Positions 1 through 12,240 of a stretch of 64,000 bases of DNA are shown piece after piece; the first letter of the stretch is position 1, and each line of letters begins with the position of its first letter. Made by a program: the position numbers and the translations under genes. This stretch comes from Squalus acanthias (Eukaryota). Location of the stretch: positions 33,604,001 through 33,668,000 of the forward strand of contig CM059449.1 of NCBI GenBank assembly GCA_030390025.1. Reading direction: 5' to 3'. Under the pieces are notes generated by a model, which was given only the letters and a program-made list of their open reading frames with translations, did not search any database and was not told the origin of the DNA.

Positions 1-299
1 TAAAGAATCTGTTTAAATATCCCTTGTCTCTAATTATTGGCCTCAATCGCGATATCGGGTTCATGTCACGATACAGAACGTGACTTGACATCATGGCCGG
101 TCTTCCCAGGTGTTTTTTTTTTAAAAAGGCTAACACAAGAACACAAATTGACAGGATATGCAGCCAGCAGGTGGTTTGACACGTTGGACCCCCTGGGACA
201 CATCTCATTGTCTTGGCTGTGCTCTTTGTTGTAGCGAATAATGTGAATAGATTTTGTCTGGGTTTAAATTGTGAATTCTGGGAGATTCTCTCATTGCTA

Positions 300-430
300 A
301 CTTACCTGACGAAGGAGCGAACTGCTTCGAAAGCTTGTAAAATTAAATAAATCTGTTGGACTATAACCTGGTGTTGTGCGACTTCTCATTTTTGTCCACC
401 CCAGTCCAACGCCGGCATCTCCACATCATG
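300..430 (+). mobile_element. Penelope-like element terminal repeat fragment (family 1)
   Basis: Hammerhead motif followed by the tail TGTTGGACTATAACCTGGTGTTGTGCGACTTCTC...CCAGTCCAAC...CTCCACATCA. The same sequence recurs at 61707-61801 and 63515-63714. Confidence 0.75.
302..340 (+). ncRNA. Minimal type I hammerhead ribozyme motif (Penelope-like element repeat)
   Basis: Reads TTAC-CTGACGA-A-GGAGC(GAACT)GCTTC-GAAA-GC-TT-GTAA. Core CUGANGA/GAAA/UH is intact, stems I and II pair, and stem III is the palindrome AAGCTT. Confidence 0.8.
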
Positions 431-468
431 ACCTCTAATTATTAGGGTAGGGAAATAATTGAAAAGTC

Positions 469-3400
469 TGCGCAGAATTTTCATTGACCCGTGGAGGCGG
501 GTTTGGAGGCGTGTGGGGGGTTTAAATTGCGAAAACTGATGGGCGGGCACAAGCCCGCCTCCATCCGGCCTCCACGCAATTTTCATTACATCGTGTCTGC
601 TGGTCCCGACTCCGTCCCGCCTCCAAGAGGTGGGATAGGCCGATAAGGCCCTTAACAAGCACTAAATTGCCTCTTTAATGCCATTTTGAAAGGGCTTTGT
701 GATTTTAAATATTTTTCCACGTGAAGCACGCCTGTGCTGAACACGAATGTGAAACCTGGCGGGAGCACATTTGGATTGCTGACTATCAGCTGCAGCTCAA
801 CCATGAAATAGGTGATTTTATCAGCCATCATTTGCAGTTGGCAGGACTTTGTTGTCTGAGGTCTGGGGGAACTTTTATCTGGCATAACCACAGCTGTGGA
901 AGTTTGGAGCCTGACACCCATCTCCAGTGTGACCTCCTGGGAAACCCCTCTCGCCACCTTGACTGAGCGCTTCCTCAACTGTGGCATATACCAGAAGCAT
1001 GGGAACAATTTATTTCCGTTCCTCCTGGACATCAGATTCGGACGAAGACTAGCCGTGGCAGCAGCAGAACCATGAACAACAGCACCACCAGCAGCAGCAG
1101 CATCAACAGGCGTGCCAAGCTGCTCCTCGCCCACCTGAAGCTGCACAGGCCAGAAGGCGCCAGCGCGCGGCCACATTGCTGCCTGAGATGCAAGGGACGC
1201 ACTTCACCAGATTTGCTTAGCCTGCACAATCAAACACTTTTGCCTCGCACCTTCTTATCAGACCATCGACAATGGCCAGGAACCTGCGGATTCCTATCAC
1301 TCTGACCACCATACTGACAATTGCAAGTCATCCTAAGCCCTCAATGTGGAAGTCCCATTTGCGAAATGAGAGACGCCACAGCTTCAGCAGTTTTCCAGCA
1401 GAATTTTTAATCACACCAAGTAAGTGCTGGCATTTCAAGATTAAACACAACATTACACACAAGTAACTACCATTGTGACTACTTGTGCATTATTTTTATT
1501 TTACGCGTGCTCCTACGTGCTGCTTCCCCTGTGGCTTCAGCAGATGTGGAGGCCCCCTGGTCACTTTCTTGCTGCTCCTGCCTCGACACCTTTGGCGGGC
1601 GTCCTCTGGGGTTGCGAGCCTGTGAGGGCTCGGCAACAGTCTGCTGCTCCTGTGGCTGTGCAGGGGTTGAGACGCCGATCTCAGTTGGGTGATAACTCTG
1701 GTGGGGCTCTGACCGAGGGTTTTGCAGTGGCTTGGTCGTGTGAACGCTTGGAGAGGAGCCCCCGCTTCCTTGTTGTCTGCCACCAACATCCCTCTCATGG
1801 GTCAGCCACACCTAAGCGCTGGCAAGTAGATTGAGAGCACCTTGCTGCACATCAGAGGGGCCATGGGGACCCGTATCTGCATTGGAAGTCCTACTCAGAA
1901 GGATTTCCATGAAGGTCTGGTTTCTGTGTTCAATAGATGACCATCGCTCCTCAAGAGATGCCAGTATATTCTGAACAATGACCATGTTTTCTCCACTCTG
2001 GCGACTTATCTCCTCCATAGCCGTAGCCATCCTCTCCTCTACTGTAGCCATCCTTTCCACGGAGGATGCCATCCTTTCCGTGGTGATGCGTTCATGCGCC
2101 AATGACACCACAAAATCTCTGCTCATGTATGCTATGGACTCCTCCATTCGCTCCACACTCGCAGCGACCTGGAGACAAAACCTGCCAGAGACTCCTGTAT
2201 CTGTTCCTGGAGTTCCAGCACCGCTGATCTTATGGATGGATCCAGAGGCAGAGGTCGACAAGCAGCTGAGCCGAGCTAGGAGAGTCCTGCACCCTCCTAC
2301 TAGGACTCTCCACTGCTGTCCCTGTCTCCACTACCTGCTGATGCTCACTTGTGAGCTGTGATACACCAGGTGACAACACGACTCTATCTCGCGATGTTCC
2401 CTCCGAGGTGTGAGTGTCTGCGCTGGTGCTGGGTGCGCTGAATTCTGCTGACGCGGCGACCTCAGAGGTTGCAGCTCTGAGGAGTCGTGAGGCTCATGCT
2501 CTTCCTCCTGGATGGTGGGGATGGGTGCTCGCGATGGTCCTGGGGGGGAGTAAAGGAAAGTGTCAGAGATGTGAGTCCAAGGTTACATGCACATTGCATA
2601 TTGCAGATGATCAGAAGTCAGTCTGCTGGAGCATCAGAATCCTTATCAGTGACTCATGAAATGTCAATGAGACAGTTGATGAACTATTCTGTCACCAGCT
2701 TGCTCTGATGCACCCGTCTGTCCGTCCCCCACTTGCACATGCTCCTCCACTTCCATGATCTCCAGGACCGCCTCCTCCCAGGGGATGAGCTGGGCTACTG
2801 AGGGTGGCCCTCCTCCTGTCCTCGCTCTTTCCCTCTTATTGTGAGCTTTCTTTTCCTGCAATGAGGGAGACAAGTGGAGTTTGAGTGAGAATGAAGGAGT
2901 GAGTATAGAGAATCTATATCATTGATGGTTAGAAGGAGACAAATTCGGAGTGAGGTGGCAAGATCATGGGCCCTCCCTGTGTGTTGTAAGTTGTTTTCAT
3001 CGCAACACAGCGATAGGGAGTGTGAGGGCTGCATAGTCGAGTAGTTAGGTGAATGTGACCATACAGAGAGAGGGAATGTGACCATACAGAGAGAGGGAAT
3101 GGGTAAGGGTGCAGTGATGTCAGTGTCAAGTGGGATGTGGAGGAAGAGGTTGTCAAAGCTGAGTGCTGGTGAGGAGAGGCAATGGGGATCAGAATGAGGG
3201 TGATAGGAAATTCAGACTCACTTTTCCAGTGCGCAGCAGGTCATGAAACCTCTTCCTGCACTGAAGCCAGGTTCTGCGGGTTATGGACAATGAGCTGACC
3301 TCCTCTGCCATCTGGATCCACACAGCCTTGTTTGATGGGAAGGCTTCTTCCTCCCTGAAGAAGGGGACAGCAACTCCTTATTAGCTCTGGCTCCCTCAAT

Positions 3401-3739
3401 TAAAGCTTGCAGGGCGACGTCATCAAATCGAGGTGCAAACCTACGTCTCTGGCTGGCCATTCATCCTGCAGGTGCCTCTAACATGCAAAGGCAGAAGCTT
3501 GGCAGTCTGCAGAGGAAGCAAGGCTTGTTGCAGACGTTACATGCTGCAGCAATGAAGACGTCATCGCAAGCGACTTTCAGACTGGAAAAACTCACTGGCC
3601 ATGGGTTCCCACACGTTGGAACTAAATTGGCCTATTATGTTAAAATCGCATCAACATCCCACATCGATTGAGATTCGGTTGGCTAACACGAAATGCGGAT
3701 TACACGGCACCAGCCCGCCCCTGAATCAAAATCCAGCCC
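469..3739 (-). mobile_element. Defective PIF/Harbinger-type DNA transposon with spliced Myb/SANT-like ORF
   Basis: Exon 3460-3222 translates MASQRRRFAPRFDD...WIQMAEEVS...RTWLQCRKRFHDL (1-nt frameshift). Exon 2855-2696 translates EKKAHNKRERARTGGGPP. Exon about 2539-1479 has a coiled-coil-like region with frameshifts. Degenerate ends GCGCAGAATTTT / AAAATCCAGCCC. No DDE transposase core found. Confidence 0.75.
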
Positions 3740-4654
3740 ACCAGAGCTGAATACAAAGAATTCAAACTCGCTTCCATCTTAATTATTCAACACGGGCAGC
3801 AGCCGATCAGCCGCCTGTTATTCGCCCAACACGATGTTATTTTCGGTATAGTTTAATGGAGAGGAAAGTCGGGAGGGTGTGTAATGAGCGGCCGACCTGC
3901 TGCCGCCTGTTTTGCGCCGCTGCTGAAGGTGAATTTCACCCCCGGTCGATAGAATTTTCACCTCTGGCGTGAGCGAGGTCAATGGCGTTTATAGACAACA
4001 GGCGATCCAATTCTCCCCATTTTGCTCCACGCCTAAGTAGAGAGTTCTCTGCAAAAGGTTTCCTAAATCCCTTTTTAGTTGTGTGATATTGTAACTTTCA
4101 ACTTGACTCTGGCGAAGATTTTCATCTTGCCATGGGGCCTGAAACCGATGTTGCAGATTGTCCACCGGTGATAGAAACCGTCTTATTCTCATTCCCATTG
4201 TAACCACAGGGTTAGCAGCAGAGTATTACACTGGCTTCGCTCCCTTCAGTTACAGAGGGAGTAGTGGCCTCGGGATTTGCTCCGGACCACTGTGTTGGCG
4301 ATGCTGCTGGTGAAATGTGAGTGTGTGGACAGGATGGGTCTCGGCTGTGTTTCCAGTAATTGAACAGTGTTTGGAGGCACTTTTTCTACTCACAAGTGGA
4401 GATGTGTCTACCTGAGGCCAATGTTGGAGTCAATTGTACTAATTAGGAAGGTATAAATAATAACAAAACATGTTTTAAAATCCCTGGCGTGCCTTTATTC
4501 CGTGCCGCCTTTATGTAATGTCTAAAGCGCCAGTTTGCGCAATTGTAGATGTGATTTGACAATGTTCCTTCAATGTTAAACAAGTTAGTAATATTTTGAT
4601 AAAGTGACTGAAATATAAGTCAGGGGTGAAATGTTTATGCAAATTGAGTTGTTT

Positions 4655-5633
4655 CAGTAATAAAGCAATTGCACTTAGATGAATACATAGAAAGACATAT
4701 ATCCAAATTTGCCGACGACACAAAAATAGGTGAAATTGTATGCATTGTAGATGGAAGCATAAAATTACAAAGGGATATCGACAGATTAAGTGAACGGGCA
4801 AAACTGTGGCAAATGGATTTTATTGTAGGTAAATGTGAGGTCATTCACTTTTGACCTAAAAAGGGTAGATCAGGGTACTTTCTAAATAGTGAATGCTACA
4901 AACAGTGGAGGTCCAAAGAGACTTTGGCGTCCAGGTACGTAGATCATTAAAATGTCATCAACAGTTACAGACAATAATCTAAAAGGCTAATGGGATGCTG
5001 GCCTTTATACCTAGAGGGCTAAAATACAAGGGGTAGAAGTTATGCTGCAGCTATACAAAACCCTAGTTCGACCACACCTGGAGTACTGTGAGCAGTTCTG
5101 GGCCACACACCTTAGGAACCACTTATTGGCCTTGCAGGGAGTGCAGTATAGGTTTACCAGAATGATACCCGGACTTCAAGGGTTAAGTTACGAGGAGAGA
5201 TTACACAAATTAGGTTTGTATTCCCTAGAATTTAGAAGGTTAAGAGATGATCTGATCGAAGTTTTCAAGGTATTAAGTGATACAGATAGGGTATATAGAG
5301 AAAAACTATTTCCACTGGTTAGGAATTCTAGGACTAGGGGGCATAATCTAAAAAATAGAGCCAGATCTTTCAGCAGTGAAATTAGGAATCACTTCTACAC
5401 ACAAAGGCTGGTAGAAGTTTGGAACACTGTGCCGCAAACGGCAATTGATGCAAGAGTAATTGTTAATATTAAATCGTAGCTTGATAGCTTTCTGTTAACC
5501 ACAGGTATTAAGAGATATGGGTCAAAGGTGGGTATATGGAGTTAGGTCACAGATCAGCCAGAAACTCATTGAATGGCGGATCAGGCTCCAGGGGCTAAAT
5601 GGCCTCCTCCAATTCCTATGTTCATATGTTCCT
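4655..5633 (+). mobile_element. CR1 LINE, 5'-truncated (RT C-terminus + 3' UTR)
   Basis: SKFADDTK, LYKTLVRPHLEYC and FYTQR motifs; CCTATGTT-type tail. Confidence 0.92.
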
Positions 5634-6008
5634 AGGATTCACGATGATTATTTCAGTGTGTTCTTGGATCCAATGCAAGACTCGCGTTTGACCCTCTCAG
5701 GTTCTGGTTAAACACCGTTGTAATCTAGGGAGTGAAATCGATATGTTAGACAATCCCGAGATGAAGGTGCAGAGCACAGTACAGAGAATGAAGTGACTTG
5801 TTCATTCTCTTTTCATGGTTCTTCCCCTTATAGGTAGCTCAGAGGCAGTTAGTTTAGTGCACAGGAGTAGCGGGCCTAAAGAGCGGTCGATTCTCACTAC
5901 CTTCGCCTGGAGGCCGGTAGCCTTATCGTTCCGTTAATGTTGTGCAGGGTCCAGTCAGTTCCACAGGCGATGAAACCGGAGAGACCTGTTTGCCCTCCGG
6001 ACTGCCCG

Positions 6009-6165
6009 GCTGCCAAGTCGCTGTCGCCCAATTTGCCTCCAAGTTGCTCTCTCCCATTTAGTTGCCAAGTCGCTCTCTCCCGTTTTGCTGCCAAGTCGCT
6101 ATCGCTCAATTTGCTACCAAGTGGCTCTCTCCCATTTTGCTGCCAGGGCACTCTCTCCCGATTTG
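6009..6165. repeat. About 26-bp tandem repeat x6 (GCTGCCAAGTCGCTCTCTCCCATTTT)
   Basis: Units visible directly. Confidence 0.8.
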
Positions 6166-6955
6166 AACTACTGCGCAAGACAAATTTATACCCCAATGGA
6201 GGTCATTTTAATTGTTGGCGTTAATGTAAAATGGACGATATCGGGTCGGGTATCTGTTATACACCTCTCCCGATTGTCCTTTCCTTGAGATCAATGGGAA
6301 GGAAAGTTGGGAGAGTTGTGTAACGGGTCGCTGATCCGATGACGCCTGTTTTACACTATCTCCTAATCTGAAAATGACACCCAATGACTCTCCACCCTTT
6401 CCTGCCCCTATGAAGGTGCAATGACCACAGTAGGGACGGACAATATTTGCCTTAATGGGGCACTCCGGGAAATGAAATCTGACGGAAAGTGTTTAACACC
6501 TGGGAGTTCCAGTCTGCTTTGTGATCTTCTGATTATATTTCCACCTTTTATCTTAATGCCACTCGGAAACCATTTACATAACAACATTAGATTTGGTGCG
6601 AAGGGATATTCTGGAGGAGGCAGTCTCCCTCTACTTCACCTGGTAGCCAGGTGGGGTCCTGAGTCTGGATTTACACTAAAACATCTGGCGTTAAGCCAAA
6701 CCATCCCTCAGGGATCCTCAGGCTGCAGTATGAATGTGGCCTGTGGGAAGATAAAGTACTCGCTACAATACTGAATCAGGAAGGTTATTAAACTTGCATT
6801 GTCACTGAGACAATGAGTGTGGATCTGTGTCCTGTCAGCCCCCTTTCATTCACCACTAGGAGTTAAGGTTCGCCTTTAAAACGTTCCAGAGGAAATGACC
6901 CTTTCCATGGACTGTGATGCTGACCTCCTTTCTTAAACCTGGGTTTTTTTGATTT

Positions 6956-7006
6956 TCAGGAGTTGGCGGTGCTGCTTAAGGAAGTATTTGAAATGTCTGC
7001 CTTGTT
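6956..7006 (-). CDS. Probable terminal cytoplasmic exon of the class I gene (NKADISNTSLSSTANS*)
   Basis: Strong acceptor TTTCTTTTCAG. The phase-0 frame gives a Ser-rich tail typical of class I cytoplasmic ends, with TGA at 6958-6956. Confidence 0.6.
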   Translation of the reverse strand, partial: NKADISNTSLSSTANS

Positions 7007-7138
7007 CTGAAAAGAAACATGTTCAGAGAGAACGCTTGTAATAATACGATGGTATTGGTAATAAAGGTTATTAGCACGTATGCTTCCGTCTTAACATATC
7101 AATCAAACATAAATTCATGTTGATGCTGATGGTGTTAC

Positions 7139-7167
7139 CATGGGGAAAGTTTTCATGTGTGGGCCAC
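7139..7167 (-). CDS. Probable first cytoplasmic micro-exon of the class I gene (GGPHMKTFPM)
   Basis: 29 nt, AACAG/GTAACA, phase 1-0. Open in frame between the TM exon and the terminal exon. No transcript support available. Confidence 0.55.
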
Positions 7168-7184
7168 CTGTTACAAAACTTAAT

Positions 7185-7335
7185 GGGGTGAAATTGGGCT
7201 CAGGCCGTAGCGCCAAATGGTGATAGCGAATCACCAGCCAGTTTCACACCTACCCCATGGGCTTTTCTATTGACTTCAATGAAATGGCAGCCGATTCACT
7301 AGTGGCTATTTTGTGTTATCGCCCAATTTCACCCC
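7185..7335. mobile_element. Palindromic MITE-like element (type copy of a dispersed family)
   Basis: Perfect 15-bp TIR GGGGTGAAATTGGGC/GCCCAATTTCACCCC; central ATTGACTTCAAT; TAA close to both ends. Confidence 0.8.
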
Positions 7336-7394
7336 CTAAATTTGTTAATAAAGAACTGGATTTTAATTTCACTACACTTGGGACACGTGCATAT

Positions 7395-8035
7395 CGAATA
7401 AAGTAGAAGTTACAACATGGAAAGAGATCCTTTGTCCGAACCAGTGCGTATCGGCATTTACTCTCCACACCAGTAAATATTACTAATCACATTTACCCAC
7501 CCTGTTCTCATATCCCTTAAACCCCTTTTCCCTTTGTCCAACTTCTCAATCTAATCTTAAATGTTGCCATAGTTTCTGCCTCAACCTCTATCACTAGAAG
7601 TGGATTCCACAGCCTCACAACGCTCTGTGAAAAGAATCGTCTCCTACCCTCTGTTCTAAATCTCTAACATTTAACCTGGTATCTATAACCCTTCATTCTT
7701 GACCCTCAACTACTGGAAACAGTATGCTTCTATCTATCCTGAGCCATCCTTCCATCATTTTAAACACTTCTATTATATCACCCGTAATATGCATTTTTCT
7801 AATAAAAATGCGCGTTTTCCAAGTTTTTCCTTGTATTTGTGTTTCCTTCTATCGGGCAGCATCCTAGTGAATCCACCTTGTAGCTTCTCTAAAGCTCAAT
7901 ATCCCGCCTATCGCGTGAAATTCTATACTGCACACAGTGTTCTAACTCCGGTCTTAAGGTTTTATAGAGGCTCATATTTACTTCTTGGCAGTTACGTTCT
8001 GTACCTCGTGTGTTTAAACTTAGAATTCCATTAGT
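7395..8035 (-). mobile_element. Old degenerate CR1 3' fragment
   Basis: Reverse-complement similarity to CR1 3' ends elsewhere in the window (TTCCACAGCCTCACAACGCTCTGTG block). Confidence 0.6.
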
Positions 8036-8090
8036 AACTTTTCCTCGATAAAATTCCAGTTGTTCTTACAGAAGTTAACAAATTAACCAA

Positions 8091-8379
8091 TTTAATCCCA
8101 CTCTAGAGACTTGAGCAGTAAAATCTAGACTGACACACCAGTGCAGTGCTGAGGGACAGCTGCACTGTCGGTGGTGCCATCTTTAGATGGGACGTTAAAC
8201 CGAGACCCAATCTGCCCTCTCAGGTGGATGTAAAAGATCCCTGTGCGCAACTTGGCTGCCGCGTTTCCTACATTACAACAGTGACTACACTTATAATGAA
8301 AGCACTTCATTGGTTGTAAAGCGCTTTGGGACGTCCTGAGGTCGTGAAAGGCGCGCGATATAAATGCAAGTTTTTTTTT
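8091..8379 (+). mobile_element. DeuSINE (SacSINE1-like) with L2-type tail, internally deleted
   Basis: CAGTGCAGTGCTGAGGG...GACGTTAAACCGAG...CAGGTGGATGTAAAAGATCCC core and GTAAAGCGCTTTGGGACGTCC...ATAAATGCAAG tail. Family name recalled from memory. Confidence 0.7.
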
Positions 8380-8492
8380 ATAACAGATATTTAAAATTCA
8401 AAATATAATCCTGGGGCCGGCCAAAAGATTTTCTGTAAAGCCGCTGTGTCATACTTTTACAAACAAGCCTGCAGCATATTCTCTCGATTTAC

Positions 8493-8600
8493 CTCTCCGT
8501 TTTCTCCTCCAAATACAGATTAAAACTATAACGAAAGCCAGCGACACCAGCACACACACGACAATCAGCCCCACATGCTTGTCTTTCTCTACTTTTCCAT
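8493..8600 (-). CDS. MHC class I connecting peptide/transmembrane exon
   Basis: 108 nt, phase 1-1, TTTTTCAG/GTAAAT. Translates DGKVEKDKH-VGLIVVCVLVSLAFVIVLICIW-RRKRR, a TM helix plus basic stop-transfer signal. Confidence 0.92.
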
Positions 8601-9609
8601 CTGAAAAATATTAGCAAGGTTTGTATAATTATATGTGCGGATTGACAGTTTTATATATAATCAGTGGAAACCTATGGCCCTGCTCATGGTAAGTAGGATG
8701 ATGCGCTGTTTTCTATGGACAGTATCCTCACACCATATAATGCACAATGTATTATTTCACTAAGGTGGAGCCAGGTTTCTTTAAAACCACAAAGTTCACT
8801 TTTTGTGTATAAACACAGGTTCTAGTCAACGAGAGGTGGTCAGGCTGTAAAGGTGTCAGGGTAGGTGGGGGGAGGAGCAATGGCTGTGAAGAGTGAAGCA
8901 TGGTTTCTAGACTGATCGGGGCTGGGCCAGCGATAGGAATGTGCAGCTGGGAGGACAATGGAAAAGGGTTGTGGTCGTGGTGCCCAGCGAGGCAGAGGGA
9001 AAACCAGCTGTCCCCTCTCCTGCAACCCCCCATGGATCGCTGTGTAAGGGGAGCCATGTAGGAAACTAGCAGAGGCCTGTGTCTGCGGGACTGGTGAAAG
9101 GGGCAATATGAGGGGTAAGTAATGGCAGTTGAATAGATGATGCCACTGTGCCAGCTCCCAGGGCTGGGGGATCGAGCTTCTGACCGTCCCCACAGCACCG
9201 TGTGATGAGAGGGAGCTCAACGTGCAAGACTTCCGCTCATGAGAATTGTAAATAAGCAAATTATCTACATAAAAGTTTACATTTAATTCAGATAGTTAAA
9301 TGTTTACCTTCTTTTACTTAACGATAGCAACATGACTGCTGTCTCCAAAACCCTGAATGCTCCACAGTGACACTCAGTGGTCCGATTCTGTAACTGCATA
9401 CAGACTCCGTTTCTTTAATTCGAGCTCTCAATATACTGCAAAGGCAGCTTTCTGGTATCGTTCAACAATAGGCGGAACCCTATCATTTTCAATCTGTCAC
9501 CTAATGTTGTTGGATTGGAGCAGCAGCTTTGGAAACTTGACCACACTCAACATTTTCAAAATATTCAGATCGAAATCGAGAGAGAAATATATAGAGAGAT
9601 AGAAACCCA

Positions 9610-10112
9610 NNNNNNNNNNNNNNNNNNNNNNNNNNNNNNNNNNNNNNNNNNNNNNNNNNNNNNNNNNNNNNNNNNNNNNNNNNNNNNNNNNNNNNNNNNN
9701 NNNNNNNNNNNNNNNNNNNNNNNNNNNNNNNNNNNNNNNNNNNNNGAGCGNNNNNNNNNNNNNNNNNNNNNNNNNNNNNNNNNNNNNNNNNNNNNNNNNN
9801 NNNNNNNNNNNNNNNNNNNNNNNNNNNNNNNNNNNNNNNNNNNNNNNNNNNNNNNNNNNNNNNNNNNNNNNNNNNNNNNNNNNNNNNNNNNNNNNNNNNN
9901 NNNNNNNNNNNNNNNNNNNNNNNNNNNNNNNNNNNNNNNNNNNNNNNNNNNNNNNNNNNNNNNNNNNNNNNNNNNNNNNNNNNNNNNNNNNNNNNNNNNN
10001 NNNNNNNNNNNNNNNNNNNNNNNNNNNNNNNNNNNNNNNNNNNNNNNNNNNNNNNNNNNNNNNNNNNNNNNNNNNNNNNNNNNNNNNNNNNNNNNNNNNN
10101 NNNNNNNNNNNN
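9610..10112. other. N-masked or gap segment in intron alpha3-TM
   Basis: Run of N with a 5-nt island (GAGCG, 9746-9750). The left flank is AG-rich, suggesting a low-complexity tract. Confidence 0.95.
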
Positions 10113-11470
10113 ACAGATCTGATTATATGAAGCTGTGTATATGCAGCTTATAAAACTGACTTTAATGAACCGATTTTCTAATTCAAGGGATTGTTATAAA
10201 CAACTGGGAACTGCACAGGTTGGGCCACAACATCTGGAAATTGCCCTCAGCAGCGGATCAGCGCAGTAACCGACCAGAAATACATTTCCAGATCGTTAGG
10301 ATCATCCTACCTGCTCCCCTGAGGGAGGCACCTTTCCATGGAGAGACCTGAATGAGCAGCACCGTTATCTATTAAACAATTTGTGGTAGATTTTCACCGT
10401 GCCGCTCTGGTGTGAGCCTTCTGCTGTGGATCAGCCGCCTGTCACACAAACTGCCCGCTTTTCATTCCCATTGGAGGCAACTCCGGTTTTACACCCGGGC
10501 GGCAGGTTGGAAATCTACCCCGCTGTGTCTAAACCAATAGCAGGAGGTTCCCCTGGAGACATTTGGTGACCCTGGTAATCACCAACAGCAATTTCTAGGC
10601 TGATTCCTGGGGTCCACCACCCGCCCCGCCTGTCCCAACCTTCATTCTTGCTGCAGATTCTTGCTTTCTGGGCAAAGCCCACCGCCCCCACCTTCCCTGT
10701 CTGCAGCTCCCAGTGGACTTCGGCCCATCCCCGCCTCAGGAGCCCAGCCTCAGACCCACCCTTGCCGCCAGGCCGCATTATTTTATCACCCCTCCCCCCA
10801 CTGCACTACATTTTAATGACCTTTCCTCACAACACTTCCCCACTCCTCCTCTCATATCCCAAAGTGACCCGTCACCTCATTCCCCACCTCAACAAAGACA
10901 CAAGAGAAGCAAAAACACACTGAGGCTGAGAGTGAAATAGCTCAGCACAGAGCAAAAGTTCCAGCTCAGAAACCGAGCAGATCCATCACCACAGTGAAAG
11001 GGAACAACAATGAGAAAGCAGAAACAAAGAGTGAAGCAACAGCAAGTCGGGCAAATAAAGAGTCTGATGTCTGAGAGTGGGTGGTGAATGCAGATTAATC
11101 CATTCTCTAACCCAGATAGACTGCGTACAGAGATTCATTTGTTATCTAACTCTGAGACCGTGCGGTGTGTGTGGGGTGTGGGTACAGAGTGGAGATAGAC
11201 AGCAAGAAGCAATGGGAAAGATATAGAGAGAAAGCAAGTGTGCGAGAAGCACACAAGGAGGGGTGGGTGCAGATTATGGAAGAGTCAGAAGATAACAGAA
11301 ATGGACTAAAAGAGAGAGAACGAATGAGGAACAGTCACAGACAACTTGAAGTACAGGGATAACCAAAGTGTTGTCTGATGTGTAAAGAAAAAGAGAGAAA
11401 GAGCAAGACAGGTGTGGGTGATTGTTGCTATTATTGATGGATTGTTCAGTATCGCTGCTCATGTCCTTAC

Positions 11471-11737
11471 CCCAGGAGACTGTTTTCCCACCCGGCAAGC
11501 TGCTGTGCTCAATATGACAGGAGTATTGTTTCCCATCATACGGATCAAATTCAAGGGTTGTCGTCAGTTGATACGTCCCATCTTCATTGGGTAATAACCC
11601 AGTAGATTTGGTCTCGGGGGCATGTTCTCCATTCTTCAACCAGGTAACGCTGATGGACTGCGGGTAAAATCCAGTCACAATGCAGTGGAGAAACCAACGA
11701 TCAGCAGCCCTGGCAATAACTGAGACCTCAGGGGAAA
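11471..11737 (-). CDS. MHC class I heavy chain alpha3 (Ig C1-set) exon
   Basis: 267 nt, phase 1-1, TAG/GTAAGG. Translates VSPEVSV...LHCIVTGFYPQSISVTW...LPNEDGTYQ...YSCHIEHSSL...VSW. Confidence 0.97.
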
Positions 11738-11964
11738 CTACATGATAGAACGACAGTTATTTTCAACTTCAATAAAAGTCGCATATTTCACAATAGAATG
11801 AATGAAGTCATCTTAACTTTTGCCACTAATGTAAAACAAGTGATATCGGATCAGCCGCCTGTTAAAGGAGAATGGGGAGAGTGTGTAACGGAAGCTGATC
11901 CAATATCGCCAGTTCGACACTATCGCCAAACTTTAAATTTACCCCCAAGTTGTTCTGAACTTAC

Positions 11965-12240
11965 CTTTTCTGGTTAGTGATGCGTTTCCAAGTGAATAGT
12001 ATGTCCTCCATAAATCCACACAGTCCTTTTCTAACAAGCTCTTGAAATAAAGGTTCATCTTTGTTTCCTTATCCCATTTCACTTTGAAGGTCTGAGCTAC
12101 TGGATCATGTACAGTCCAAACCAATTTGTCTTTATCAAAACTAAATGCGTATCTTCCATCATAAGCAAACTTCAAAATCCCTACACTAGGGTTGGCATCA
12201 TTCAGCTCACAGCCAAACAGTCCTTGAAGGTAGTGAGTAC
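11965..12240 (-). CDS. MHC class I heavy chain alpha2 exon
   Basis: 276 nt, phase 1-1, TTCTAG/GTAAGT. Translates THYLQGLFGCEL...FAYDG...AQTFKVKW...LEKDCVDLWRTY, with the C101/C164 disulfide pair. Confidence 0.97.

Noticed and set aside
3989-4207. 72-aa minus-strand ORF in non-repetitive-looking DNA
   Set aside because: No recognisable domain or convincing splice sites.
9308-9352. Extra exon between alpha3 and TM
   Set aside because: The phase-1 frame hits TAA and the acceptor is weak; the alpha3-TM junction is already in frame.
9515-10153. 212-aa ORF in the track
   Set aside because: Artefact of reading through the N run.
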